Shown: positions 37,160 to 46,611, numbered from the stretch's first letter. The stretch: 64,000 nt of DNA from an uncultured Gammaproteobacteria bacterium (GCA_965231095.1 OZ246416.1:536909-600908), one strand, 5' to 3'. A program made the numbers and translations. Notes: a model not told the origin generated them from the sequence alone.

Positions 37160-39577
37160 CTACCACCCGCAGCCGATGCGGCCAAGGTAGATCTCGTAGC
37201 CGCCTTCGTCGCGAACATCGGACCAGGCAAGCAAGTATTCGTGACCCGTCCAAACCAATGACAGTCCATCTCTTTGTACACAAGTTGTAGCCCGAAAACC
37301 GGAACCCGCTCTGCTACCATCTTCCTTCAATCGCATGAAGTAACATTCTGCTCTGCCAGTGGCATAATTTTCTTGCCACCAAAGACCGTAGCCATTTCCG
37401 TTCCAAGCAATAGCTGGATTAGAAGAATCGTCGGGGGTTATTGTCAGCTGTCTCTCCGTATCAATTTCCGTACCGCTTGCATCGATCCCGGCGAAGTAAA
37501 TTTCTTCTTTTCCGTCCGTAAAGGCAGTCCACACCAAGGCATAGGAAGAGCCATTCCAAACAAGCATTGGGATCGCGCCCCCTCCCGATAAGGGAGCTGT
37601 GGCTACAACCGTAGTGTCTCCAATTGGTGAAGCCATGGAAGTAAATCTGCCAAAATGTATTTCTTGATTTCCAAAAAAAGTAGATACCCACGTTAATCCG
37701 TACTCTGTGCCATTCCAAACTATATTCGGGCGAGCCAGACTAGCGGCCGAGTCTGCTACAAGTGTCATCTCTGAACCGATCTCGGCACCACCAGCGGATA
37801 ACCCTGCGAAGTAAATGTCACCATCACAAGAGTGTCCAAAGGCAATACCGAATTGACTTCCATCCCAAGCAATAGATGAATGGTAAGCCGAAAGTATTCC
37901 GATATGCTCCGCCAACAAAACACCACCGCCAATATCCGAACCCGCCGGGTCAAAATGAGCGGCGTAGATATCTCCGTAACCGGAGCGGTAATCTGTCCAG
38001 GTAAAACCGTATCCTCCGCCTGTCCAAACACCTGACACCGAAAAGAGTTGTGCGGGGGTGCCGATCACTCGTATATCGCCGCCAATTTTGGTGAGAGACG
38101 TATCTGCTCGGGCAAAGTAGATCTCGGTGTTGCCGTCACTCAAATATTCCCAAACAACACCAACTTCAGTGCCTGTCCAAAAAAGAACTGGCCTTCTTGG
38201 ATAACCAACTGAGTCTGTAAAACGTGACCCAGTGAAGGTGTACGAAAAAACCGCAGGATCCAAATCATTACAATCATAGCCACCACAAAGGCCGTCTGTG
38301 TAAGTGTCGTGGTCGCGGTCGCGAATGCGATGTCGACATGTGCCAGCCGCGCAAGAGTCGGCTGTGCAATCATCGCCATCTCCACAAGAAAGTTCCGCCG
38401 GAGACTCATCGGTCGCGCCATCACAGTCGTTGTCTACCCCATCGCAGATCTCGGGCATTTCAGAATCCACGTTACAGTATGAACCAGAACCTCCAAGCGA
38501 GCAGACATACGTCCCGCTGCAAGGAGAAATTCCGCAAACGCTCCTGAGCTCCGGCCAGTCTTCGTCGGTCGCGCCGTCGCAATCGTTGTCCAATTCGTCG
38601 CAGAGTTCGGGTGTGCCAAAAGGAATATCAACGTCGCAAACAGTGCCGCGCTCCAAGGGTTCGCAGACCCAGACATTGCTCCGTTCGCATTCCCCCCAAC
38701 CTGCTGTACAAGCAACGCCAAGCAATGGCCAGTTCTCGTCCGTCTCGCCGTCGCAGTCGTCATCAAGATGATTGCAGCGTTCAACGTGGATCTCGTAGTC
38801 TCCGTCGCAAACGGTGCCTCGATGCAGCGGCTCACAAGCCCAGACTCCCGTCCGCTCGCAAAGTGGCGTTGGCCTGAAAGCACAAACGTCGCCAAGCAAG
38901 GGCCAGGTTTCGTCGATCTCGCTGTCGCAATCTTCATCTAGGCTGTTGCAGAGTTCCGCCGCGCCGGGATGGATGCCCGCGTTCGCGTCGTCGCAGTCGC
39001 CTTCGGATTCGGTAAACGTATCGCCATCGTCGTCGGTTATTGTGGGGTCTGCTGCAGGACGTAGCCATCCTTCGACGGTGTAATTTCTGCTGTCACTAAC
39101 AACGGTGTATCTTCCACTGTCAACATCCATATCCAGGCGGCGAAAACGTCCCGGGATATTATGCCAGTTCTGCTCAATGAGCGTGATGAAGTTGCTCCCC
39201 ACCGCGTAGATGATTGCGATGTGACCATAACGGCCACCCTGGAAAGTGATCGCATCACCTTGCCGCGGGGCTTCCGTTTCGCCATTTCGGAAAGATCTCA
39301 GATCGAGTCTTTCCGCGCGACCGAATATCTGGTTAGCATTACCCCACCGTTCGCCGCTTCTTCCGTGGAACCTCTTCGCATATTCTACACACTGGTAGAA
39401 TCCGCGCCCAGTGCCAGTACAATCGCCTCGCGCGCCGTTCGAAAACGCATCAACTCCGCTCAAGGTACCTAGTGACTCCCCGCAATTGCCACTGCACGGC
39501 GCGCAGAGATCATCTCCCCAAGCAACCTGCGGCAATAGCAAACACAGTGCAACAACCAACGTCTGCAACTTTTCCAT
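37160..39577 (-). CDS. Secreted CHAP-domain peptidoglycan amidase/peptidase fused to four CxxxD(D/E)DCDGxxDE Cys-rich repeats and a 7-bladed beta-propeller. High GC (~57%), likely foreign.
   Basis: Signal MEKLQTLVVALCLLLPQVAWG. CHAP motifs FYQCVEYAKRF and GDAITFQGGRYGHIAIIYAV. Repeats LCNSLDEDCDSEIDE, RCNHLDDDCDGETDE, LCDELDNDCDGATDE, ICDGVDNDCDGATDE. 7 units of W-G-x-x-YG-x-W ... EIYF. Confidence 0.7.
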   Translation of the reverse strand: MEKLQTLVVALCLLLPQVAWGDDLCAPCSGNCGESLGTLSGVDAFSNGARGDCTGTGRGFYQCVEYAKRFHGRSGERWGNANQIFGRAERLDLRSFRNGETEAPRQGDAITFQGGRYGHIAIIYAVGSNFITLIEQNWHNIPGRFRRLDMDVDSGRYTVVSDSRNYTVEGWLRPAADPTITDDDGDTFTESEGDCDDANAGIHPGAAELCNSLDEDCDSEIDETWPLLGDVCAFRPTPLCERTGVWACEPLHRGTVCDGDYEIHVERCNHLDDDCDGETDENWPLLGVACTAGWGECERSNVWVCEPLERGTVCDVDIPFGTPELCDELDNDCDGATDEDWPELRSVCGISPCSGTYVCSLGGSGSYCNVDSEMPEICDGVDNDCDGATDESPAELSCGDGDDCTADSCAAGTCRHRIRDRDHDTYTDGLCGGYDCNDLDPAVFSYTFTGSRFTDSVGYPRRPVLFWTGTEVGVVWEYLSDGNTEIYFARADTSLTKIGGDIRVIGTPAQLFSVSGVWTGGGYGFTWTDYRSGYGDIYAAHFDPAGSDIGGGVLLAEHIGILSAYHSSIAWDGSQFGIAFGHSCDGDIYFAGLSAGGAEIGSEMTLVADSAASLARPNIVWNGTEYGLTWVSTFFGNQEIHFGRFTSMASPIGDTTVVATAPLSGGGAIPMLVWNGSSYALVWTAFTDGKEEIYFAGIDASGTEIDTERQLTITPDDSSNPAIAWNGNGYGLWWQENYATGRAECYFMRLKEDGSRAGSGFRATTCVQRDGLSLVWTGHEYLLAWSDVRDEGGYEIYLGRIGCGW

Positions 39578-39588
39578 CTCTCTACCTC

Positions 39589-40362
39589 CTATCTCTCAAA
39601 CGTCAAGGTGGTAAGTATCTGGCTCTCGAATGCTTCGGGGGTAGTTCCGTAGTCCCCGAAGATCTCTTGCTCTTGTCCTAGTTCCGGAAAGAAAATATAA
39701 TTTCTCTCCGGATCACTAAAGGCGAGAATTCCCGGGAACGCTCTCTCGTCAGGTGATTCGATTTCTGGGGTCAACGCACGAAGTTCAACGCCGGCGAGCG
39801 TACTACTAATCGTCTTGTCGCGCAACTCGAGCGCTTCACCTACACGATTGTTCGCCGTCAGCCATTCGCGAACCGACAAGTGAGACGGGTTTGAAGCAAC
39901 AGCAAATGAATACGCGCTAACGAAATCGTCGCTGCCAGCCTCTTGCAGTTGAATTTCCCGCAACTCGTAGTTGTTCTCATTCCATCCCAAGGGGGCACCC
40001 TCAACTACGCGCAAATTCCACCCCTCCGGGTACTGGAACGAGAAGCCGAGCTCCGTGTTCCTGTACTCTGTCCAGTCGGCCGGAACTTCTCCGGTCGAGT
40101 CTGTCGTGACCTCTGACGCGCTGTCTGGGGAAGTTTCGGAAACATCATTTGTCTCCGAGTTTGTATCAGCGGGCGCCGCGGTCCTAGAACCGCAACCCCA
40201 ACCGACCAAAACCAACGCGCCAAGCATCACGAGCGTAAACACGATTCCCTTCTTCATCTCTATCCTCCTTGTCCCGCATCCCTGCGGAACTTTTTTTCCG
40301 CCAACGGCGGATTTGTTAAAGAGCCGACCTTTCTTCCCTCCTTCAAAAAGGTTAAACAACAT
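39589..40362 (-). CDS. Lipoprotein (hypothetical). High GC. Contains the FSFQYPEGW motif shared with two neighbouring secreted proteins.
   Basis: Lipobox-like LVGWGCGSR. WTEYRNTELGFSFQYPEGWNL. Confidence 0.5.
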   Translation of the reverse strand: MLFNLFEGGKKGRLFNKSAVGGKKVPQGCGTRRIEMKKGIVFTLVMLGALVLVGWGCGSRTAAPADTNSETNDVSETSPDSASEVTTDSTGEVPADWTEYRNTELGFSFQYPEGWNLRVVEGAPLGWNENNYELREIQLQEAGSDDFVSAYSFAVASNPSHLSVREWLTANNRVGEALELRDKTISSTLAGVELRALTPEIESPDERAFPGILAFSDPERNYIFFPELGQEQEIFGDYGTTPEAFESQILTTLTFER

Positions 40363-40443
40363 ACGTTTTTAAATTTAAAAATTAAAACCTCTTCCATAAT
40401 TTTATCACAAAAAAAATTTTAAACCAAAAAGCGGCCCGCAGGT

Positions 40444-40490
40444 CGCTTTCAATTCTCAATTCTCAATTCTCAATTCTCAATTCTCAATCA
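40444..40490. repeat. Tandem heptamer CAATTCT x5 (then caatcac x2) in the promoter/5' region of the lipoprotein gene.
   Basis: caattctcaattctcaattctcaattctcaattctcaatcactcaatcacc. Confidence 0.8.
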
Positions 40491-41132
40491 CTCAATCACC
40501 ACCGTCTCCACGATTCTGTCTACCACTCCATCCAAATCAAACGCTTCTCGCTCGGCGAGACATTCGCTTTGCGCCGGATCATCATAATTTAAACATTGCG
40601 GATAGCGCAAAACAAAATTTAGAGAAATCAATTTTCCGTCTCGCGAGGTAGTATATGTATAGGTTGTGTAAGTACTTCCCGCCGCTCCATCGTCGGCTTC
40701 CACCACGCAATATTGCCGGCCGTCCACCATCCGCGGAATCGTGCGCTCCGGCGGACCATCGCCCAAATCAATTTCTCCGCAAACAAATTCTCCATCGGCG
40801 ACCTTAATTGTCGGCGGCCATTCAAAGGCGTCAATATATTTTGTCGTCAAAGTTTTTGGATATTTAAATTCAAACGCCCCGCCCGGATCGCGATAAGTTT
40901 CCCACCCCGGCTCGATCCCGACATCCGGCTCCGTGGACGGACACGCCGCAAACTCGCAAGTCGGCGCAACTCTTGAAACATAACTTCCGTCCGGACAAAG
41001 TTTCGCGTCGGCGGCACAAAAAATCGGTTCAGGTTCCGCACCCAAATTTTTCCCATCAAAATATCGCCACGCGGCAACTCCGCCCGCGGCTAAAATTAAA
41101 ATCACAATAATGGCGACCAAAAATTTATTCAT
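40488..41132 (-). CDS. Secreted protein (hypothetical), paralog-like to the 39589 and 42425 genes.
   Basis: N-terminal TM/signal. WETYRDPGGAFEFKYPKTL motif. Several Cys pairs. Confidence 0.45.
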   Translation of the reverse strand: MNKFLVAIIVILILAAGGVAAWRYFDGKNLGAEPEPIFCAADAKLCPDGSYVSRVAPTCEFAACPSTEPDVGIEPGWETYRDPGGAFEFKYPKTLTTKYIDAFEWPPTIKVADGEFVCGEIDLGDGPPERTIPRMVDGRQYCVVEADDGAAGSTYTTYTYTTSRDGKLISLNFVLRYPQCLNYDDPAQSECLAEREAFDLDGVVDRIVETVVIE

Positions 41133-41167
41133 AGTTATTTCAATAATTACTCGTTACTCATTACCCA

Positions 41168-41689
41168 TTACCTTATAATCTCCGTATTCGGCAGGGTGGA
41201 AACAATTTTCGCCAAATCTGCCTCGGAATAATCATTGCCCGAAACGTCCAAAATTTCAAGCTGCGTCAAATTTCCAATTTCATAAGGCAAACCAGTCAGC
41301 TCATTATTTGATAAATCCAAAATTTTTAATTTTTTCAACTGCCCAACCTCGGCCGGCACGCCGGTAAATTTATTATCGCTCAAATTCAAAATTTCCAAAT
41401 TCCGCAGTTTTTGAACTTGCGAGGGCAGGGCGCCCGTCAAATTATTTCCCGAGAGATTTAATTCAGTAATACTCGTATCATTAAAAATATCAACTGACAC
41501 AGACGTCAGTCCGCGATTGCTCAAATCCAGGGGATTCCATTCTGCCGGAACATTGGCGTTGCTCCCCGCGTCAACATTTCCATTCAAATTTTCCGGCGCT
41601 CCATTTTGCCCCGCGGAATATTGCCAAATCAAATATCCCCCCGCGGCCAAAACCAAAACGACGAGAAAAATAGTCAAAATTTTGTTCAT
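41168..41689 (-). CDS. Leucine-rich repeat (LRR) surface protein.
   Basis: ITELNLSGNNLTGALPSQVQKLRNLEILNLSDNKFTGVPAEVGQLKKLKILDLSNNELTGLP... Signal anchor. Confidence 0.85.
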   Translation of the reverse strand: MNKILTIFLVVLVLAAGGYLIWQYSAGQNGAPENLNGNVDAGSNANVPAEWNPLDLSNRGLTSVSVDIFNDTSITELNLSGNNLTGALPSQVQKLRNLEILNLSDNKFTGVPAEVGQLKKLKILDLSNNELTGLPYEIGNLTQLEILDVSGNDYSEADLAKIVSTLPNTEIIR

Positions 41690-41782
41690 ATTATTTTAAT
41701 TACTAATTATCAATTACCAATTAATGTTTTTTCAATCTCCATCCAATATATCAAAAGCAGATTAAATCTACGTTAAAAATCG

Positions 41783-42406
41783 TCACTCTCTCTGCCGCAT
41801 GAGATTAAAAGTTCCCTTAATCACGCCAAAAGAAGGATAGGTCATAGTCATTGAGCCAGACATAAGATCAGTCGTAAAAGTTCCCTGCATGGTTGTAGTA
41901 ATCTCGCCCGAAGTAAATGTTCCAAAATCCAGAGCACTGGAACTTACTCTGATCCGAACTGGCTGGGCTCCGGTATCGGCCACGCAAGTTTTGGGAACGG
42001 TAATGGTTCTTTTTTCCATACCCGGAATATTGACAATGGTTGTTCCCGAACCGCAAAGATTGGTATAGCGGAGCGTGCCCGAGGCAATATTATTTTCCAC
42101 TTCATCTATTTTCAATTCAATATCGCCATCTTCATAAAGATTAGTCACGCTGCCCTCGACCGTAAACTGGCCGTAGAGTTGCAGGCCCTTGCCTCTTAGA
42201 GAAGAAACCCAGGTACCGCGCAAATCACGCGCCGGCGTTAAATTTCCAATCGGTGGTTTCGGGGTGATGATGCTCGCGATCTTGTCGGAAATTTCTTGAA
42301 ACATTTTTGGATTTGTTTTCGCGAGATAAACAATGCTTCCCGCGGCTCCAATTAAGGCCACGAGAATAATGATCGCGACTACTCCAACTCCTTTTTGATT
42401 TTGCAT
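41783..42406 (-). CDS. Secreted protein (hypothetical).
   Basis: N-terminal TM anchor. No known motif. Confidence 0.4.
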   Translation of the reverse strand: MQNQKGVGVVAIIILVALIGAAGSIVYLAKTNPKMFQEISDKIASIITPKPPIGNLTPARDLRGTWVSSLRGKGLQLYGQFTVEGSVTNLYEDGDIELKIDEVENNIASGTLRYTNLCGSGTTIVNIPGMEKRTITVPKTCVADTGAQPVRIRVSSSALDFGTFTSGEITTTMQGTFTTDLMSGSMTMTYPSFGVIKGTFNLMRQRE

Positions 42407-42424
42407 AAGTTTAGATTTTAAAAA

Positions 42425-43111
42425 TTATTTCACCTTAAACCCTTGCGTCATCTCTTCAAACTCGCCTACATCGCCCGCCCACAATTCTTCCAGCGTATTG
42501 TAAGAGAGAATCCAAAGATCATTTCCCTCCCCCCAAATAACAATCTCCAGCACATGAAAATCCAGGCCGCTTTTACGAAAAGTCATTTCCGCGGCGTAGG
42601 CTTCGCGGCCGCCTAGAGTTAAAAATTTTTCATTGGAAAAAACCACCTCGGGAATTACCGCGGCCACTTCATTTTTTACATACTCCACAACTTGCTCTTT
42701 TGTTTTTCCTTCTACCGAGTCGTAGGAAACGGCGAGGTATGTTTGGAAATTCATTTTCTTCGCCTCAGGATCGGAAATATTTTCATTGCTTTTCGCAATC
42801 ATCGCGGAAACTCCGGTTATGGCCGGAACCTGGCGCCAGCCCTCGGGATAGTTTAGGGAAAAATCGTCAGTGGCAAAAACTCCCTCATCCGCCGGCGGAA
42901 AATTTTGATTTGAATTATTTTCCAAAATTCCGGAGAGGTTTAAATTATTTTCTCCGAGGATATTGCTCTCTGTAGTTAAAAACCAATAGGCCATGGCGGC
43001 AAGGACAAAGATGACAATGATGGTGATTAGAATTGAGGAGGGTTTTTTCATAAATTTTAAAATATTATTTCGGTACCGGTAAACCAAGTTTCTGCAAAGG
43101 TAAATAATCAA
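42425..43111 (-). CDS. Secreted protein (hypothetical) with an FSLNYPEGW motif.
   Basis: N-terminal TM. DFSLNYPEGWRQV. Confidence 0.4.
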   Translation of the reverse strand: MIIYLCRNLVYRYRNNILKFMKKPSSILITIIVIFVLAAMAYWFLTTESNILGENNLNLSGILENNSNQNFPPADEGVFATDDFSLNYPEGWRQVPAITGVSAMIAKSNENISDPEAKKMNFQTYLAVSYDSVEGKTKEQVVEYVKNEVAAVIPEVVFSNEKFLTLGGREAYAAEMTFRKSGLDFHVLEIVIWGEGNDLWILSYNTLEELWAGDVGEFEEMTQGFKVK

Positions 43112-43652
43112 AGTAATATTGGCACCCCACGGAAATTATATAATCGAGTACATCCTTATATACTTGATTCCTAAACCAATCACTTAAAATATAAATATAT
43201 TCTACTTCAATATTCAGCGGAGCCATTAATTTTGCATATTGCTTTCTCTTAAAATCGCACGTTTGCAATTTTTCATCTACTGAACCAGCAACTTTTTGAA
43301 ATTTTACTTCAATAACGAATAAGGTATTGTTGACTATAACATATATAGCTTCATCTGGAAGCAATTTTTTCGAGATAATTTTTCGATAATCAACCCTTTT
43401 TAATTCTAAAAATTTATAAAGGGCATTCTTCTTGTAGCTACGAGCTACTTCTTCGCCATTATAATATACTGCATTGCCCTTTATCTTATAACCGCGCTTA
43501 GACTTCAAAAGAGAGAGAACGTCTTTTTCTTTTTCAAAGTTTAGTCCCGTGATTGTATTGCCCCCGCCCTTTCCTTTTTCTTTCATATTAATATAGTTTA
43601 AGATTTTTAAATCGCTTGATTGATAAGTCCAAGTATTTTTTATCGAGATCAA
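43065..43652 (-). CDS. Probable Type II restriction endonuclease (PD-(D/E)xK-like). Overlaps the methyltransferase gene.
   Basis: LPDEAIYVIV...VIEVKFQK (PD...EVK). Immediately downstream of, and overlapping, the MTase. Confidence 0.5.
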   Translation of the reverse strand: MISIKNTWTYQSSDLKILNYINMKEKGKGGGNTITGLNFEKEKDVLSLLKSKRGYKIKGNAVYYNGEEVARSYKKNALYKFLELKRVDYRKIISKKLLPDEAIYVIVNNTLFVIEVKFQKVAGSVDEKLQTCDFKRKQYAKLMAPLNIEVEYIYILSDWFRNQVYKDVLDYIISVGCQYYFDYLPLQKLGLPVPK

Positions 43653-44376
43653 CCCCTATAAATTTTCTGCTGTGCAAAAACGCCGCCAAACCAGTGGTGG
43701 ATGACCCCGCGAACGGATCCAAAATTAAATCTCCCTTATTTGTGCTGGCCAAAATAATTCTTGACAACAGATCTGTTGGTTTTTGTGTTGGATGTTTCCC
43801 AAATATTTTTTCTTCCCGCTTTGGAGGATAAATTGCCCACACGCTCCTCATTTGCAAATTAGGTTTTTTTATAAAGTCTTCCGGCCAACTGCCATTTTTC
43901 ATTAATTCATAGTTAAATTTATGTTTTGCTTCTTTGTCTTTGCGCGCCCAAATTAATGTTTCGTGGCTAGCGGTAAAAAACCTACAACTTAAATTGGGCG
44001 ATGCATTCGGCTTAAACCAAGAAATATCATTCAATATATGAAATTTATTAACCTGCAGCGCAAATCCGCACTGGTAAATTGAGTGATAAGTTCCGCTAAT
44101 CCAAATCGTGCCACCCGGTTTTAAGACTCGGTGACAAGCTTTAGTCCAGGCCAGATGAAACTCAAAATCTTTTTTTAGACCGTTACTTACATCCCATCGC
44201 CCTTTATTCACACTCGCCATTTTCCCGCCATTACAAGTAAACCCCCCATTAGACAAAAGATACGGCGGATCGGCAAAAATCATGTCAACTGAATTTTCTT
44301 TTAGAGTCAACAAAAAATCTAAGCAGTTAGCTTGATACAAAGTAAAGCCTGGTTTTGAGTAATAGGGTTTTATCAT
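43588..44376 (-). CDS. DNA methyltransferase (beta-class N6-adenine / N4-cytosine).
   Basis: Motif IV IFADPPY precedes motif I LDPFAGSSTTGLAA. Confidence 0.9.
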   Translation of the reverse strand: MIKPYYSKPGFTLYQANCLDFLLTLKENSVDMIFADPPYLLSNGGFTCNGGKMASVNKGRWDVSNGLKKDFEFHLAWTKACHRVLKPGGTIWISGTYHSIYQCGFALQVNKFHILNDISWFKPNASPNLSCRFFTASHETLIWARKDKEAKHKFNYELMKNGSWPEDFIKKPNLQMRSVWAIYPPKREEKIFGKHPTQKPTDLLSRIILASTNKGDLILDPFAGSSTTGLAAFLHSRKFIGVDLDKKYLDLSIKRFKNLKLY

Positions 44377-44441
44377 TTTCTATCACTAAAATAATTATTC
44401 CATTATCCCAGAAAATCGCTTGAAAGTAAAGATCTTCCTTC

Positions 44442-44471
44442 TTGACACTCCCCCAACAAAAATGATATAAA
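44442..44471 (+). promoter_or_regulatory. Sigma70 promoter TTGACA-N15-TGaTATAAA, followed by a 7-bp 5'-UTR hairpin.
   Basis: cTTGACActcccccaacaaaaaTGaTATAAAat. Hairpin actccca aatg agtgggagt at 44480-44500. Confidence 0.5.
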
Positions 44472-44516
44472 ATAATGTACTCCCAAATGAGTGGGAGTCG
44501 GAGGGAAGGAGGAGAG

Positions 44517-44867
44517 ATGAGAAATGAACTCGAAATCTGCACCCTGAAATTCACCTTCGGCGTCGGCGGCTACAGCTGCTCGTTCACGATCCGGAGGGGC
44601 GAGATCGTGATCGCGACAGCCCCGACTCTGCCGGCGAACAAGAAGTTCTGCCTCACGGCTCTGAACTATCTGGCGAAGGTGGAGCAGATCCCGAAAGCCG
44701 AGCTGATCGGCCTCCGGATCCAGCTGGAGCAGGCCTTCAGGGAGCGTGCCGAAGCCAGCCGGCCGCGGCTCGATATGCCCGACCTCTTCACGGATGTGCT
44801 GATCGACGTCGCTCTCGCGGACATTGCGGCCGTCGAGGAGGAGTGCACGGCGCGGCTGAGGAATTAG
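44517..44867 (+). CDS. Orphan high-GC (~65%) small protein (hypothetical, ~116 aa). The alternative upstream start at 44475 lacks an RBS.
   Basis: GGAGGGAAGGAGG RBS before the ATG at 44517. MRNELEICTLKFTFGVGGYSC... Confidence 0.5.
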   Translation: MRNELEICTLKFTFGVGGYSCSFTIRRGEIVIATAPTLPANKKFCLTALNYLAKVEQIPKAELIGLRIQLEQAFRERAEASRPRLDMPDLFTDVLIDVALADIAAVEEECTARLRN

Positions 44868-44904
44868 CCGCCGCCCAGCCAAGTCCACGAGTTCCCATCC
44901 CCAA

Positions 44905-44937
44905 GAGGGAACGCCCGCGCGCGTCCCTCTTTTTTTA
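44905..44937 (+). terminator. Rho-independent terminator.
   Basis: gagggaacgc ccgcgc gcgtccctc followed by T7. Confidence 0.7.
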
Positions 44938-44989
44938 TAACAAAAAACGCGAGGAAAAATCCCCGCGCTTTTTATTTTCCAATCTTATT

Positions 44990-46594
44990 TTATTGTGTCT
45001 CCCTTACCGCCGGCGCCGGTTCTGTAGCCGGCTCGCTCTTCAAGATTGTCGGGGGCGGAACTACTCCGTCTCCCACTTCCGAGGTGACGCTGTCTAAAAT
45101 TTCTTTCACAAGAGGAATCACGACCGCCGATTTATAGAATGATCCGTCAGTCGCGCTTGTTTCTAAAACCGGAAACACTAAAGCCGGAACAAGAAGCTCA
45201 ATACTCTGATTGCCATCATATTTCCAATATCTCATATATTGAACCGACGGCGTGCCCAGTTTCACTTCTACTTCTTTCACCTGGAAATTTTCCACCGGAT
45301 AATTTCCCTGCGACCAAAGGTCTCCCTGAAGCGCGAATTTCATCAAACGCTCTTTATCCGTTTCCGCGGCATAGTTTGAACTTTGATAATTTTGCGTTTG
45401 CAATCCGTAAAAGCTTGAGACTTTCATGGTTCTAATATTTATGTTTACGGAAGGCCCGGATCGTTCATAGCCGCCTTGCTCCCAAACTTCTTTTCCGTCC
45501 ACAAGCAGCGGATATTGCACGGTCAGGGTGTCCGGAATCCAAATGTCCGCGGCCGGGGCGCCCAAAATTCCGATTCTCCAATTTTTATTCACTTTCGGCG
45601 CGCCGAAATTCGCGAGATTAATTCCGTAGCGGTTCATAAAATCGTTTGTCGCTTCAATCAACTTTTCGTCAGAGGGGACATCTGACTCGCGAAGCTGCGG
45701 CTGGGACTTATAATCCACGGGCATCATTCTCTGCCAATTTTCATACATGGAAACTATTCCTTCATAAGAATTGAAATCCACAATATATCCGCCCTCGCGA
45801 TCTTCGGCAAGCGACAGATTTTGCACCTTGGCGCTCGTCAATTTACTCGCGTCAAAAAGTCCAAAACCGATATTTCCCAAAACCGAATTCAAGTCTCCGT
45901 TGCCAAAACCTTTTTCCCGGCGCAAGACCGTCACGGCCGAATCAGTGAAAGAAAAATCTTCGCCCGTGTAAACATAATTATATCTTGTCATGTATTCCGG
46001 CGGCAGAATTTTCCCATCCGGCGCGGGCATTGATGTAGCTGTTCCCCCGCCTCCGCCCAATCCCAAAACCGCGCGGGAAGTTGACGAAGACATTGCCTCC
46101 GGTGTACCAAGCGGCGCGGTTGGTGCCGCAGCCCCCGAAGAATTATCAGCTTCAGCGCCGACTAAACCTTGGCTTGAAGTTACCAAATTGCCAAACGCCC
46201 GATCGCCCGCATCTTCAATATTTGCCGGTCCGGAAAAAAGCGCGAGCTGGCTTTCTCGATCAAATTTCGGCAAACTGATCCAGCCGTTTCGCACGGCCGG
46301 TACAACAACCGCTATCGCCAAAACTGCCGCGACCGTGGCAAAAGAAACTCCTCGCCAAAAAACCAAATTTTTCCAAAGCGACGGACGAGCGCTCCCCGCT
46401 TTTTCCAACTCTTCCGCTCGCGCCAACAATTTCATTTTTAATTCCTGGCGAAAATTTTCGTCAAATTTATCTTCCGGTTTCTGGGCAATCATTTTAGCCA
46501 TAGTGGCCTCCAATTCTTTTTGATATTTTTTAAGATCAGGATCAATTGTGAACAATTCGTCTAAAATTTCTTGGATTAAATTTTTCGTATTCAT
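44990..46594 (-). CDS. Single-pass membrane protein with a large extracytoplasmic domain. Candidate anti-sigma factor cognate to the upstream ECF sigma.
   Basis: N-terminal cytoplasmic helix-rich ~90 aa, TM VSFATVAAVLAIAVVVPAV, then ~420 aa outside. Immediately downstream of the sigma gene. Confidence 0.4.
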   Translation of the reverse strand: MNTKNLIQEILDELFTIDPDLKKYQKELEATMAKMIAQKPEDKFDENFRQELKMKLLARAEELEKAGSARPSLWKNLVFWRGVSFATVAAVLAIAVVVPAVRNGWISLPKFDRESQLALFSGPANIEDAGDRAFGNLVTSSQGLVGAEADNSSGAAAPTAPLGTPEAMSSSTSRAVLGLGGGGGTATSMPAPDGKILPPEYMTRYNYVYTGEDFSFTDSAVTVLRREKGFGNGDLNSVLGNIGFGLFDASKLTSAKVQNLSLAEDREGGYIVDFNSYEGIVSMYENWQRMMPVDYKSQPQLRESDVPSDEKLIEATNDFMNRYGINLANFGAPKVNKNWRIGILGAPAADIWIPDTLTVQYPLLVDGKEVWEQGGYERSGPSVNINIRTMKVSSFYGLQTQNYQSSNYAAETDKERLMKFALQGDLWSQGNYPVENFQVKEVEVKLGTPSVQYMRYWKYDGNQSIELLVPALVFPVLETSATDGSFYKSAVVIPLVKEILDSVTSEVGDGVVPPPTILKSEPATEPAPAVRETQ

Positions 46595-46611
46595 ATATTT
46601 TTTATTAATAA

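Noticed and set aside
37018-37320. 100-aa ORF overlapping the 3' end of the CHAP-propeller gene.
   Set aside because: It overlaps a well-supported long CDS and has no RBS or motif.
40444-40490. CRISPR array.
   Set aside because: The repeats are 7-mers in direct tandem without spacers. It is a microsatellite, not a CRISPR array.
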